In this document: one piece after another, positions 51,783 through 64,000 of the stretch | Layout of the letters: every line of letters begins with the position of its first letter | How positions within the stretch are numbered: the first letter of the stretch is position 1 | Assembly (NCBI GenBank): GCA_951406725.2 | Contig: OX597822.1 | Span: 4,340,001-4,404,000 of the forward strand | Length of the DNA stretch: 64,000 nt | Reading direction: 5' to 3' | DNA from: Octopus vulgaris | Taxonomy: Eukaryota | Made by a program: the position numbers and the translations under genes | The notes under the pieces: model-generated | The model's input: the letters and a program-made list of their open reading frames with translations, nothing else | What the model was told of the DNA's origin: nothing | The model's database searches: none

Positions 51783-52220
51783 GTATGGCAAATGAAACAC
51801 GGAAGATTGAAGATACGAGAATTTTTATTAATCACAATTGTTTCGACACATCTAGCATCGATCACTCACGGGCAGGGACACTTAACAACTGGTTCAGGAG
51901 CATCCGGCGGTGTAGATGTGTCTCATCGGGTGATAAATAGATATAACTCCTTAAAATAACAGTTCCGCAAAGTATCTTCTTATTTCGTAGAAAGAAAAGC
52001 AGCAAAACAAAGGATATATTTTCATTTATATACAAGATCAAAAATAAAATAACGATTGCGTGTCCGTTTATTTTTTTGCATCTGTTATTTTATTTTGATC
52101 TATATAAATGCAGTTGTTAAGTTCCCCAGCCGTGAGTGATCGATGCTAGATTGTCGAAATAATAGTCGTGATTACTAAAAATTCTCGTATCTTCCATCTT
52201 CTGTCTTTCAGTTACCATAT
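51783..52220. ncRNA. Fold-back repeat containing an HHR with extended stem II (51831-51934, minus) and an inverted partial copy (52111-52220)
   Basis: ATCAC-CCGATGA-GACACATCTA...TAGATGTGTC-GAAACAATT-GTGAT; the other arm reads GAAATAATAGTC-GTGAT and keeps the GUC triplet. Confidence 0.68.
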
Positions 52221-52250
52221 TACAATATACATACATACATATATATATAC

Positions 52251-52327
<77 letters not shown>

Positions 52328-52365
52328 AAAATATATATATAAATCACAATTAATATACATATCAC

Positions 52366-52445
<80 letters not shown>

Positions 52446-52586
52446 GTATGTATATATATATACATATATGTATATATATGGCGATGCTTATATATATGTA
52501 TATATGTGTGTGTGTATATATATATATGTATGTATATATGTATATATGTATATATGTATATGTATATATATATATGTATATATATG

Positions 52587-52619
<33 letters not shown>

Positions 52620-52624
52620 GTATA

Positions 52625-52686
<62 letters not shown>

Positions 52687-53516
52687 CACATCTTCCTACT
52701 TTTCTATCTGTAGATGTATCTATCAATTTACCAGCTTGGACAATACCGTTAAGCACTAAAACAAGTAACATCATCTGAATTCTTATTGTTCACTATCTTA
52801 TTCGGTGTTATACGACACTTAACGGCATTTAGCTGCATACTCGTTTTGTTCAGCCTTGAGAATATTTCGACCAGATTTTCGACGCACGGCTACCATGGAG
52901 ACCAGACCTATGCTAATAGTACATGATAGTTTTTAAAACCTGATAATTGTATCATTGCCTGTTTTTCATTAAAATATTAACAGACTGTAATTTTATGATG
53001 TGGTATCTGATTAAAATATCTCCGATTTTATTGGCTTCGTTTTTTGTCAAATTTTCCTCCGTGTTTTGACCAGACATTTACTAAAACAAATAAATATCAT
53101 TAAAAATAGTTCAGCTTTCTTTTCTTATTTTCCTACAATTTAGTTATATATTTGGCAATCTAATTTCATGTTACCGAAATGCCAATTCACATAGGCTTCT
53201 TTGAAGTTTCCGCAGTTCATTACTGTATTAAATACGCTCGATATAGTTAAATCAGTAATCAGTCAAGATTCTGAAAACAAGAATTTGGTTTATATTCGTA
53301 CCTTGTGGTACTTGAAACTAACACAAATTACCAGATTTAAGAACTACACACATTAATAAATATTAATCTATACATACATTTTAAGATTTTTCATACACTT
53401 TCGTAACAAAATGTGTGTAAGAAAAAAATTGTGCGAAAGAACCTTGTCGAATGTTGCTCTTACATATATATTTGTACGTAGGTATGCATGTACGTATAAA
53501 TAGAGAGAGAGAGAGG

Positions 53517-53576
<60 letters not shown>

Positions 53577-53579
53577 AAC

Positions 53580-53654
<75 letters not shown>

Positions 53655-53789
53655 ACTTACTTGGAAAAGGATGCGTGGCGTTCAGTCATATAATATATAT
53701 ATATATATATATAGTAGAAATATGTTACGAAAAGAAAATATAAAATACAAGTGGAAATGTAAGGGTAAAATTTGAAAAATCAACGAAAA

Positions 53790-53860
<71 letters not shown>

Positions 53861-53865
<5 letters not shown>

Positions 53866-54070
53866 ATCCAAACACGAAAACACAAAGAGTAAAGACAACA
53901 ACGCGAGGACGTGGAAGAAGTATAGTATTATTGGACGCACAGGAAAGGAACGAAAGGAAGAGGATTTAACGTTTCGAGCGGAGCTCTTCGTCAGAAACAT
54001 AGATAAAGGAAAGATCCAAGGAAGGGAAAACGGAAGAAAAAAAATCGTTAACGATACACATGCGGTCACA
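53861..54070 (-). mobile_element. ~205-bp cassette with minimal HHR (53964-53998) within (TA)n
   Basis: Minus strand GTTT-CTGACGA-A-GAGC(TCC)GCTC-GAAA-CGTT-AAAT; intact CUGANGA and GAAA core; homologous to 28959-29162. Confidence 0.8.
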
Positions 54071-54465
54071 TATATATGTATGTATATATATATATGTGTG
54101 TGTGTGTGTGTATGCATGTATGTGTATATTTGTGTATATATATATGAACATATATTATATATATGAGGATGCATAACCAAGCCGTGAGGGTGTTGCGCTC
54201 GCGATCGCGAGATAGTGGGTTCAATTCCTAGACTGTATTCCTATGAGTTGTATTCTTGGGCAAAACACTTCATCTCACGTTTCTCTGCGATCACTTCGAT
54301 ATCTGACAGGTGACACACCGTGCAGTTGTTCAGGTAACGTCGATTTGATGAATGGACTGAGCTATTGCACAGTACAGACATTTGATCACTATAAACAAAT
54401 CATTTGTGCAGGTAGTTCGGCAAAAGCTGAACACTCATATGTCGTTTTCGACGGTGGAGTTCATC

Positions 54466-54593
<128 letters not shown>

Positions 54594-54599
54594 GTATGT

Positions 54600-54845
54600 A
54601 TGCGCCCTTGTTAAAGCCTAGCCAGGCTCATGGGCCCAGTTTCCCGGTTTCTATGGCGTATATGCTCCCCAGCTGGACGGGACGCCAGTCCATCGCAAGC
54701 GTTACTCATTTTGCCAGCTGAGTGGACTGGAGCAACGTGAAATGAAGTGTTTTGCTCAAGAACACAACGCGTCGCTCGGTCCAGGAATCGAAACCACAAT
54801 CTTACGATCATGACGCTGACACCCTAACCACTAAGCTACGCTCCT

Positions 54846-54848
<3 letters not shown>
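54600..54848 (-). mobile_element. tRNA-derived SINE (family C group)
   Basis: Minus-strand GGAGGAGCGTAGCTTAGTGGTTAG...GGTTTCGATTCC; tail shared with the 24497 copy. Confidence 0.82.
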
Positions 54849-54936
<88 letters not shown>

Positions 54937-55479
54937 CATACATGCTTATGTTTATGTGTGTGTATATAAGTTTCGCTGATCCCTCCTTTATAATGAATGA
55001 GCTTGCAGTATGAAGGTGCGTGACTTAGTGTTGGTTCAGGAGAATAAAGTCGTAGTTTCAAATCCTGGTTTGGACCTTGCGTTGCGTCCTTAAGGTATTT
55101 CATTTCCCCCGTTTTCAAGTCTATTCAGCTGTAATGATTACCAGTCCAGTGCTGGTACATCTCTCTTTTCTCCAGCTGTCAAAATATTCGGCCATTTAAA
55201 GCGTAAGAGATCCAGCGAGACTTGCACGTCAGCCGGAGACTACACGGGTACCTAAAACAATCAGCGAAAGCATGTTACATAATACCCAGAGGTATTCACT
55301 CCCAGCTGATAGATGTCTGAGCTGTAACTTGCATTACACGTAGTCCTCCTTTATAATAAAACCACCGGATCATACCAAACCTTTAGGTTTCATATCAGAA
55401 TATTCCATATTCCATATTCTTCCAAAAGGAACCCACAAGAAACGGTGATAAAAATTTTAAGATTATTCTTCTCCCTGGT

Positions 55480-55795
55480 GTGGAGGCACATGGCCAAGTG
55501 GTTAGAGCAGCGGACTCGCTATCGAGGGATCGCGGCTTCGAATCTCAGACTGGGCGTTTATGTGTGTGTTTATGAGCGAAACACCTGAGCTCTACGTGGC
55601 TTCCGCGGAAAGTAATGGTGAACTTCTGATGACTCTTTCGCCACAACTTTCTCTCACTCTTTCCTTCTGCATGTTGCAGCTCACCTGTGACGGACTGGCG
55701 TCCCGTCTAGGTGGGGAACCTATACGCCAATGAAACCGGGAAACCGGCCCTTATTAGCCAGACATGGCTCGACAAGGAACAAACAACAAGAATAA
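55480..55795 (+). mobile_element. tRNA-derived SINE (family C group)
   Basis: Homologous to 24497-24815. Confidence 0.82.
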
Positions 55796-56337
55796 CTTCT
55801 CCCAGGTATATATTCTGACAAGAACTAATGGCCATCTCACCGTTGTCTTACAACGCGCTCGACACTCGATACAAGACGAAACCAGGTATACGGAAATTAC
55901 AAAAATTCCTTTGTTGTTTTGCCCCGTGCAACTATTTATCTTGGCCATACAGCTAATTATTTTCCGTGTCATTTCTGTTAAGTCAACAGGCCTAGTTACG
56001 CGACGTACATATTTTTCGTAGTTTCCGATTATTTTTGTATGCTTCTTGTATTGTTTTGTATGTCGCATTAATTTTCTACCATCTTGTCCTCACTAGACAA
56101 TTCCCTAAAAGCACTACGGGCACTCTGAAGAGAGCTATTCTATTATCAAACAGCCGAAATTATTTTCGCTTTCACTCAACAGCTTCCGAGAAGCGAATGG
56201 CAGCCATGTTTGTATTTTTCATCGTCTTTTTCGTTTAAGTGTTTCTGTACGCTTAGTTTTCATGTGTGTGTGTGTGTATACATACATATAATTATACACA
56301 CATACACACACTTACACACACACACACATACATACAT

Positions 56338-56372
<35 letters not shown>

Positions 56373-56424
56373 TACATACATACATACATACATACATACA
56401 TACATACATACATACACACATACA

Positions 56425-56458
<34 letters not shown>

Positions 56459-56496
56459 CATACATACATACATACAAATATACATACAAACATACA

Positions 56497-56530
<34 letters not shown>

Positions 56531-56588
56531 CACACACACATACACACACACATACATACATACATACATACATACATACATACATACA

Positions 56589-56620
<32 letters not shown>

Positions 56621-56637
56621 CGGTTTATTTAAACCAG

Positions 56638-56697
56638 TCCAATGGCCTCTTCTTGCTCTGCAGTTTCCAAGGCGTGCTGCCGCTTCTTCAGACAAAG
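56638..56697 (+). other. Candidate small exon (possible ATG at 56642, MASSCSAVSKACCRFFRQ; or a 34-nt exon from 56664)
   Basis: GC-richer island between microsatellites; acceptor-like AACCAG| and TTCTTGCTCTGCAG|; strong donor AAG|GTGAGT. No homology recognised. Confidence 0.3.
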
Positions 56698-56778
56698 GTG
56701 AGTATGTTTGTAGAAGCATAATCAGGAATTCTACGCTTTTGTTTCTATGAGTTCATACTTGCTTGTGTATGTATGGAA

Positions 56779-56846
<68 letters not shown>

Positions 56847-57689
56847 GTGTACTTCATATGTAATCGTACAAAATATAGAACATTATAAATTCTATAAGAC
56901 ACACACACACTTAAACGCTTATGAACACAAGTATAATATTTCAGATTACGTTTATACACACACATATACAACTATACATACATGCATACATACATACGTA
57001 CAACTATATACATATGTACTTATATACATTGATTCATACGTACTTTACACATGCATACATACGTATACCCATACACATACATGTACGCTTACATACACAT
57101 ACACATATTTAAACATACAACCATGTATATATATATATACACACACACACACATCTAGATGGATAATGCAGACGACATAACGTAGATTGAGGTCACCGTG
57201 ATTGACGAACTCTATAGAAAACAACGAAAAGAACCAAAACAATCAAAGAAAGATAGATTAGAATCAGAACAATATCGATCCTAATTGATTATTTCATAAA
57301 ATAAATGTACAGACTTTTGGAAGAATTTGTGTCTTCTGTATAAAAATACACTTAAGAAAGTATATTAGAAAAAAAATTGTTGTAAATATAGAAATGTTTT
57401 AGAGTGTATGCAACTTAAGACGAAGGACTTTTCGTGCAAGATTCTGCTCAGTTCGTCTATTCTGATTTATTCCTTTAATCTATGAATTGTGTTTTATGTT
57501 ATGGTATCAGGCTGGGCCGAATTTATATTTGTGAGGCCTTATGTTATATAAAGCCTAAGGGACTCTTGTTAAAAAAGCGTTGACACAAGAGAATGTAACA
57601 AAAAATTTTAAAAGGTAGTGAATTTTGAACCCTTGAACAGGAGTTCTTTTAGCTTATGATGTCAGGGGATGATTGTGTAGAATATTCTG

Positions 57690-58035
57690 TTGCGGGTTCC
57701 GTATTCAACCTCAGGTCGCACAAGTTTGATCTGGTAGTTGCTACAGAAATTAAACTGAGCGGACTGCGAGCCTTTTCACCCCTCCTAAATGGCTACGAGA
57801 AATTCATTTCTCCATGCCAACCTGGTGTGGGGAGTTATCGCAGTTCTACTCAGGAAAAATTTCGCTTTAGAGACAAGAACAATTTTTGTTGACCCGGAGG
57901 GTAAGTTGGTCGTACTTGATGTGACGCATAATAGTGGCAAGACCTTCAATCTGGTGGCTGTCCACGCCACTTGCGGAGCTGGACAGTCGGACTATTTCAG
58001 AAGCCTAGAGAATTTTCTAGGAACGTCTTTGCGAC
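57690..58035 (+). pseudogene. Tx1-like APE endonuclease fragment
   Basis: AVLLRKNF...IFVDPEGKLVVLDV...DYFRSLENFLGTS aligns with AVLLRKSL...IFLDPEGRLVVLDV...DFFRRLEVFLRTS of ORF 13120-14598. Confidence 0.88.
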
Positions 58036-58980
58036 TTAGCCTCTTCCTCGAAATTGCTGGCCTTGTGCCAAGATTTGAAATCAGTATCTGTTCATAGTAT
58101 GATAGTGTGTTATAGTTGTTAAACATTTGTAAGTTCTGTACTTCTCAAAAAGATTGGAATGTTATGGTTTTACGAACTTCCTCCACAAACTGTGCAGCGA
58201 TACAACAGGACACTGATCCCTGAATAGGAAGAAGTGGGAAATATTTCGTTTGGAATTTCACCGTCACGAAAGGAACCAAATAGTGAAAGCTGTAAACGAG
58301 AAATTAGGGTGCATACAGTTAGTCCTATTTATGAAAAGTATCTGTGAAGGCAGTGTCGGATCGCAATAATTGGATGTAACCCTATGGCACGTGGATTTAA
58401 CCAATCTATATTCCAAAGATTGGCGTAACTCTATGCGAACTCAGCCTTTCTATAAATGAAAATCGATAGAATGAGCACCTGGTGTCCGTATAGATAATTT
58501 ACCAAAGCCTTTGATTACCCAATGAGAAGATCGCACTCCAATAGCTGAAATCAGAGAGGGTGGATGGATGAACTGGAAGACGGAGGCTAATTGGTTGGTT
58601 AATTAGTTGGTTAGCTTGCTTGCTTGCTTGCTTGCTTGCTTGCATGGGGAGATGGTTCAATGAATGGACAGGCACATAGGTAGGCAGACTGGTCGGCAGT
58701 AAGTATTTAGGCAACAAAATCATAACTGTATTATTTCGAACCAGAGTGAGTTACATAGTTACATCTTGTCGTTTTTTTTTTGGGGGGGGGGGTTACTTCT
58801 CCCCCTCTTCCCACTCATATGCATTAAAATAGACAAACACCATTTCACTATAGTTTTTCATGCAGATGGCATTTCGAAGTTATTTATTCCCTGCCCAATT
58901 CTGTTTCTCTACGCTAATTAGTACGCATTTTTGCATATCTGACTCAATGATTCAAATATGACTTCTTAAACAACTACATT

Positions 58981-59197
58981 TGAGGAGATGCTGAGAAGTT
59001 CCTGGCTTTAAGGGAATTGCAAGAATCCTGGTTGGAGGCCCAACCTTCCAAGTTCTTTTACAGGGCTTAGAAAAGTTGAAGGACCGCTGCAAGAAGTGTG
59101 TGAATCTGAAAAAGGAATATGTTGAATAAAATCAGAATTAACTGATCCTTCTGTATTTTCTTTTACCCAAAGCCAGGAACTTTTCAAAACCCCGTCG
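58981..59197 (+). mobile_element. Mariner-derived MITE (~215 bp)
   Basis: TIR-like TGAGAAGTTCCTGGCTTT / AAAGCCAGGAACTTTTCA; internal GLEKLKDRCKKCVNLKKEYVE* resembles a mariner transposase C-terminus. Confidence 0.78.
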
Positions 59198-59749
59198 AAG
59201 AAGTTTATGCTTCATTGGTGACGTCATCGAATCGTTTTGGTAATCACTGTTGTCCCCAGCGATTGCCAAAATGATATTAATTCTTTCTTCTGAAATTGTG
59301 GTCATGGACGGAGGGCTTGCCGATTACAACAACCCCACTGTTCGAGTGGTATTATTTTATCGACCCCGAAAGGATGAAAGGCAAATTCGACCTCGGTGAA
59401 ATTTGAACTTGGAACGTAAAGAACCCTAAGTAATTCCGCTCAGCATTTTGTCCGACGCACCAACGGTTCTGCCAATTCGTCGCTTTTATAGCGGTTTCAA
59501 ATTTTGACATAAGTCAACAATTTCTTTTATTTTCCTGAGTGCCAACTGAAATGGTCAGTACAAAAACAGGTCACAATTTGTCTGTGGATATACATGAAAT
59601 CGGGAGAGGAGGAAGAAAGGGGCGGAGAGAAATGGGATAAAAAGTACATATAATAAGTAATATACGTCTAAAATGTATAAGTAATACATGACTAAAAAAT
59701 ACATTTATTAACCAAATATATGAATACATGGATAATATAGTCCTCTTGA

Positions 59750-60600
59750 TATAGGAGCGCATCCATCTGGAGCCAATCAAGGACTTTCAGGGATCCACAA
59801 TCACCTTCGCCAACAAGAGTACATACCCTTTCGAAATTATTGTCCTCCGACCTACAGGTACACGCTTAGAGTAGTTCCATCCACTTCAACCATACTTACC
59901 ACAGACACCCACCTTTTGACGAATTCAGTGGTGGAGGGCACCCTTCTCCATTTTCAGTTTTCTACCCATGGAGCATCTAAAAAGTCGACGCGGGTTTGAC
60001 CAATGAAGAAAGTATCTGTCCAGGCGCAGGCACGGCTGTGTGGTAAGAAGCTTATTTCCTACTCACGTGGGTCAGTGTTTTCTACTATAGCCTTGGACAG
60101 ACCAAAGCCTTGTAAGTGGATTTGGTAGATGAAAATTGAGAGAAGTCTTGGGGTCGATTCATTCGACTAAAAATTCTTCAAGGCGATGCCCCAGCATGGC
60201 CGCAGTCTAATGATTGAAACTAGAAAAGGATAAAAAGATAAAGATAATCCTTTCAGCCTTGTCCGTCGCGAAACTACTTCGCAAAGGCCACCAGACGGAA
60301 GAAAACAGCCTCCTAAGCCCTATTTGTAGTGGATGGTACGGTGATCTTTTCGATGGACTCGACCGATGGCCGGATCCGTTCTACACCACAGAAGTCTGCT
60401 CTGCATAACTCCACAGGTCAGCAATGCTTAGACATGATATGCTGCATGAGTGCGTGCAGTAAGGTTTCCTCGTATATCTAGGACAGTCTGTCTGACAATA
60501 CTTCTGTGCCTGAAGAATTTATCTTAATAAACAAAGATTTCTGGAAGTTATCCATAGTAATCTTCGACTTGAAAGTCCTCCAGAGCAGAGCAGCCAGCTC
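59750..60600 (-). pseudogene. 3' remnant of a Tx1-like LINE ORF2, interrupted by a SINE B piece (~60021-60245)
   Basis: [24 protein letters not shown] and EFVKRWVSVVSMV match the C-terminus of the other Tx1 copies. Confidence 0.75.
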
Positions 60601-60604
60601 ATCC

Positions 60605-60674
60605 TTATAGCTTCGGGCCGACCAAAGCCTTGTGAGTAGATTTGGTAGGCGGAAACTGAAAAAAGCCCGTCGTA

Positions 60675-60763
<89 letters not shown>

Positions 60764-60782
60764 ATGTATATATATATATATA

Positions 60783-60823
<41 letters not shown>

Positions 60824-61020
60824 GTTTGCGTGTCTGTTTTTGTCCCACCAACATCGCTTGACAACCGATGCTGGTGTGTTTACGTCTCCGTAACTTAGCG
60901 GTTCGGCAAAAGAGACCGATAGATTAAGTACTAAGCTTACAAAGAATAAGTCCTAGGGTCGATTTGCTCGACTAAAAGGCTACGCTCTAGCATGGCCACA
61001 GTCAAAATGACTGAAACAAG
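60605..61020 (+). mobile_element. SINE family B, 5'-truncated
   Basis: Homologous to 2430-2820. Confidence 0.88.
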
Positions 61021-61042
61021 GGTATTATTTTATAATAAAATA

Positions 61043-61240
61043 AGGCGGCGAGCTGGCAGAATCGTTAAGCACGCCGGGCGAAATGCTTAGCTGAGTTCAA
61101 ATTCCGCCGAGGTCGACTTTACCTTTCATTCTTTATCGGGGACGATAAATCAAGTACCAGTTGAATAGTTGGGGTTGATGTGATCGATTGTCTCTCTTCC
61201 CTACATAATCCAGGCCTTATGCGTATAGTAGAAAAGATTA
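61043..61240 (+). mobile_element. SINE family A, alternative tail
   Basis: AGGCGGCGAGCTGGCAGAATCGTTAAG head; tail TAGTAGAAAAGATTA. Confidence 0.82.
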
Positions 61241-61387
61241 TTTTAGTATAAAAAATATGCTATGAAAAAGAGGTAATGATGTAAGCGGTCACAGTTTGTA
61301 TATAAAAGTTAAGAGGAAAAAAAATTTCTAAAAGAAGATGAATAAAGCTAATTCCACAAAATGATATTGATTTCCAGTTGGATCCAG

Positions 61388-61818
61388 GGATCTTTTCGGT
61401 TTGAACGGCAGTTTTTAACATAATTTCTAGGTAACTAAAAAATTTTAAACTTCGTATACTGGCAGAATATGTTTATAAAACATCTTTTTCTCTTGGCTTT
61501 ATTGAGAAAATTCTATAGTTTGTAAGATATTTGTTGTTGTTTTTCTTCAATTTCTGCAATTTCAACCAATCAGTGACGTCTATTGAGTTAAAAAAACATT
61601 CTGTGCCGTATGAATATGTCCCTCGTTTAAGAAAGAGATTCGGTTTATTTACATTTCTGAAGAAAAAAAGATACCCTTCCCCCGCCCTAACCCTAACCCT
61701 AACTAACCCTAACCCTAAAACAGATTGAAATGCAATAGATCGATACTAGGATCATAATTATGGGTGACAATTTCATATGACACCGCTAGAAAAACTGCCG
61801 TTCAAACCGAAAAGACCC
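61388..61818 (-). mobile_element. MITE with internal (CCCTAA)n; copy 2, perfect 8-bp TSD
   Basis: Same TIRs as the 19361 copy; GGATCCAG at 61380-61387 and 61819-61826. Confidence 0.92.
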
Positions 61819-62119
61819 GGATCCAGTCTATATCGTTTGTTATGGATTGTGGGCCTACAGAGAGACATGAAAAACCGGCGCTCTTCTTCCTTTAATTTCC
61901 TAATCTTGGATGGAACAAATCACCGAGTTATTCAAGGGAAACAACTCCACAAACTATTTGATTTCGTTAATAAATTTTATCACGGGAAACCACTGCAAAC
62001 CTGCATATTTTTGTGAAGGGAATATTTGCGTATTTCTATGTTATGTTCGTGTGTGCGAACATAACTTTGCATGCGCATATGCTTATATAACAAATAATGT
62101 GCATGTGTGTGTGTGTGTG

Positions 62120-62207
<88 letters not shown>

Positions 62208-63199
62208 CGTGTTCTTATGAGAGTAAAGTAGATGAATATGGACACTCCCCGGAGTGAAAGTGACATTATTAAGTCAGCGTTTTTCATAGGGAAGAGAGAA
62301 GGCTCAGCGGTGTAGGGTGTGTTTCGGCTGCCCTGTGCGATACCCAAATTGACTTCCCCCTCTTTACCTGCGACATACATTTAAAGAAGTCCTCTCCGTG
62401 CGGTCAGCGCACCACAAACTACACAACCGGAGTGGCTGCCGTGGATAGTGGTGGAGGGAGTGTTGTGAGGATTGATTGAAATGAGGGTCACCCAAATTGT
62501 CAGGTTTGATAAATTCAAGATGGTTTTAAACTGTTAAACTTGTCCCCCATCATGGCAAAAAAAAAAGCGGGGAAAGAAGAATTATACAGGGGCCAGGTTT
62601 TATTCTACTGTCACTGGAAATCACTCTACAAATGTTTCTGTTTCTGAAGGAAATATTTGTAACGCGTATTCCAACATGTGCTCGAATAAGTAACTGTTTA
62701 GATGTATAAGTAATTGTATGTGTGCATTGGCAGAATCATTAGAGGGTTCGGCAAAGCGCTTTGCAGTATTTCCTCCGACTCTTTACGTTCTGAGTTCAAA
62801 TGCCGCTGAGGTCAACTTCAAATTTCGTGTCTCCCAATCAAGTACTGAAACTGACGGTATTAATAAACATCTCCTCTCAAAATTTTTGACATTATTCCTA
62901 AATCAAAAGCATTATAAAAGAGAGTGGCAGCAACAAATTTTCTCTGATATTTTTGGAAAGGGGTCTGGTATTTGTCAGTTTAAGAAACACTCTATTAATT
63001 CAATTCTTCCTTGCACAGACTCGAGGGGTCACCTTGAACAAATACTAACAGTTTCTCTTACCTTTCTTGCCAGGGGATACAGTGAAGTCCCAAGTCCGAA
63101 AGAACAGATGGGAGTGGATTGCACAGACATCTTCAATGGTTGTGACACTGTATGAGGATCACAACAATTCATTACCTCCAATTGTCTCTGGACTCCTTG

Positions 63200-63400
63200 G
63201 CATTTGACCAAAGTATCTCACTGTCAAGATTGTGCGGAAACTGATATGTAATGGTGTTTCCATGTAAGACAAAACCAATCAATGACGTGCCCTCGAATTC
63301 CTTCTTTTCCAAACTCATCTTGTAGCAACAGAAACACAGTTGTGTCATCCAGTATCTCCTCGTCACAAAATAATGCAGACACAACAAACTGTGTGATGGT
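63200..63400 (-). pseudogene. Possible L2/CR1-type RT remnant
   Basis: FLLLQDEFG..GIRGHVIDWF resembles the LL.RL...GI.G..L.WF segment following RT motif A. Confidence 0.4.
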
Positions 63401-63579
63401 CGTCAGACATATGAACCGTATTTCAGCAGGTGTAGCGGTGTCTGAGAAGTTCTTTCTAGGATTCAATCTGCTCGACCTGTATTAGGAAGAAGCAAGAAAA
63501 TTTACTTCGAACATAACCAGTTTCAGCTTTCCCGGCTGATCTCAGAATCTAGAGAATCGCTTTCTGAGAACGAAAGAAA

Positions 63580-64000
63580 CAACATAAAGTAAAATCTGGA
63601 TCTGGAAATATTTAAACTCTTACTGACAAACCGAACGGCCTTCAGCCTGAACAGCAGTCAGAACTCGCTTCCAAGGAAGTAGCACGCTTTAATACATATA
63701 TTGCAACATAGCGACACAGAACTGGCTGGTGGGGACCAGCTAAAGGAATATGACTATGGATGTATTTTCTTTTGGAAAGGAAAGGTCATGAGAAGTGTAG
63801 CGCTTACATGGAGTAAATTTTGTGATCCGGTCGACAGGCTATTATGATCAAGTTGACAGGCTATTAATGATCTGATCGATAATCTATGAATGAACTACCT
63901 ATCCGTATCAGTTAAAGATTGGTGATTATCCATATAAAGCTTATTAGCTCTAACAGATGCGCTACATCCATCAATGTACGTCCGTGTAGACACGGAAAAT
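63580..64000 (+). pseudogene. RTE-clade LINE endonuclease N-terminal remnant
   Basis: GSGNI*TLTD..QPEQQSELASKEVARFNTYIA...LAGGDQLKE..YGCIFFWKGK...HGVNFVIR matches the RTE APE consensus pattern. Confidence 0.75.

Noticed and set aside
62240-62560. Possible further Tx1 EN-RT linker remnant (minus)
   Set aside because: Similarity (LTTLPPPLS...MSQVKRGKS) is too weak to call by eye.
63063-63476. Minus-strand coding exon with good acceptor and donor
   Set aside because: All three frames contain stops and part resembles an RT remnant; a non-coding exon cannot be excluded.

Overview
Eukaryotic, AT-rich, extremely microsatellite- and transposon-dense DNA with no intact host protein-coding gene evident. 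The tRNA-derived SINE families and a mollusc-type 5S rRNA copy point to a cephalopod, probably Octopus (inference). Most ORFs in the supplied track are translations of simple repeats. Real coding remnants are: (1) an apparently full-length but frameshifted Tx1/L1-group LINE (ORF1 with zinc knuckle; ORF2 APE-RT-Zn) sitting inside a (GATA)n tract, plus about five further Tx1-like fragments; (2) an R4/Dong-like RT fragment abutting (TAA)n; (3) RTE, L2/CR1-like and Penelope GIY-YIG remnants; (4) a deleted mariner, a dead hAT transposase, MITEs and a small Helitron. The most notable unannotated signals are: several type I hammerhead-ribozyme (HHR) motifs in at least four unrelated short repeat families, including a 164-bp tandem array whose unit junctions fall at the predicted cleavage site and short HHR cassettes nested in (TA)n; a SINE whose 3' tail matches the 3' ends of the Tx1-like LINEs and whose insertions share a recurrent (TA)GGTAT junction, often inside other SINE heads; and a TIR element carrying telomeric TTAGGG repeats. 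All alignments and folds were done by eye; boundaries of degenerate elements are approximate.
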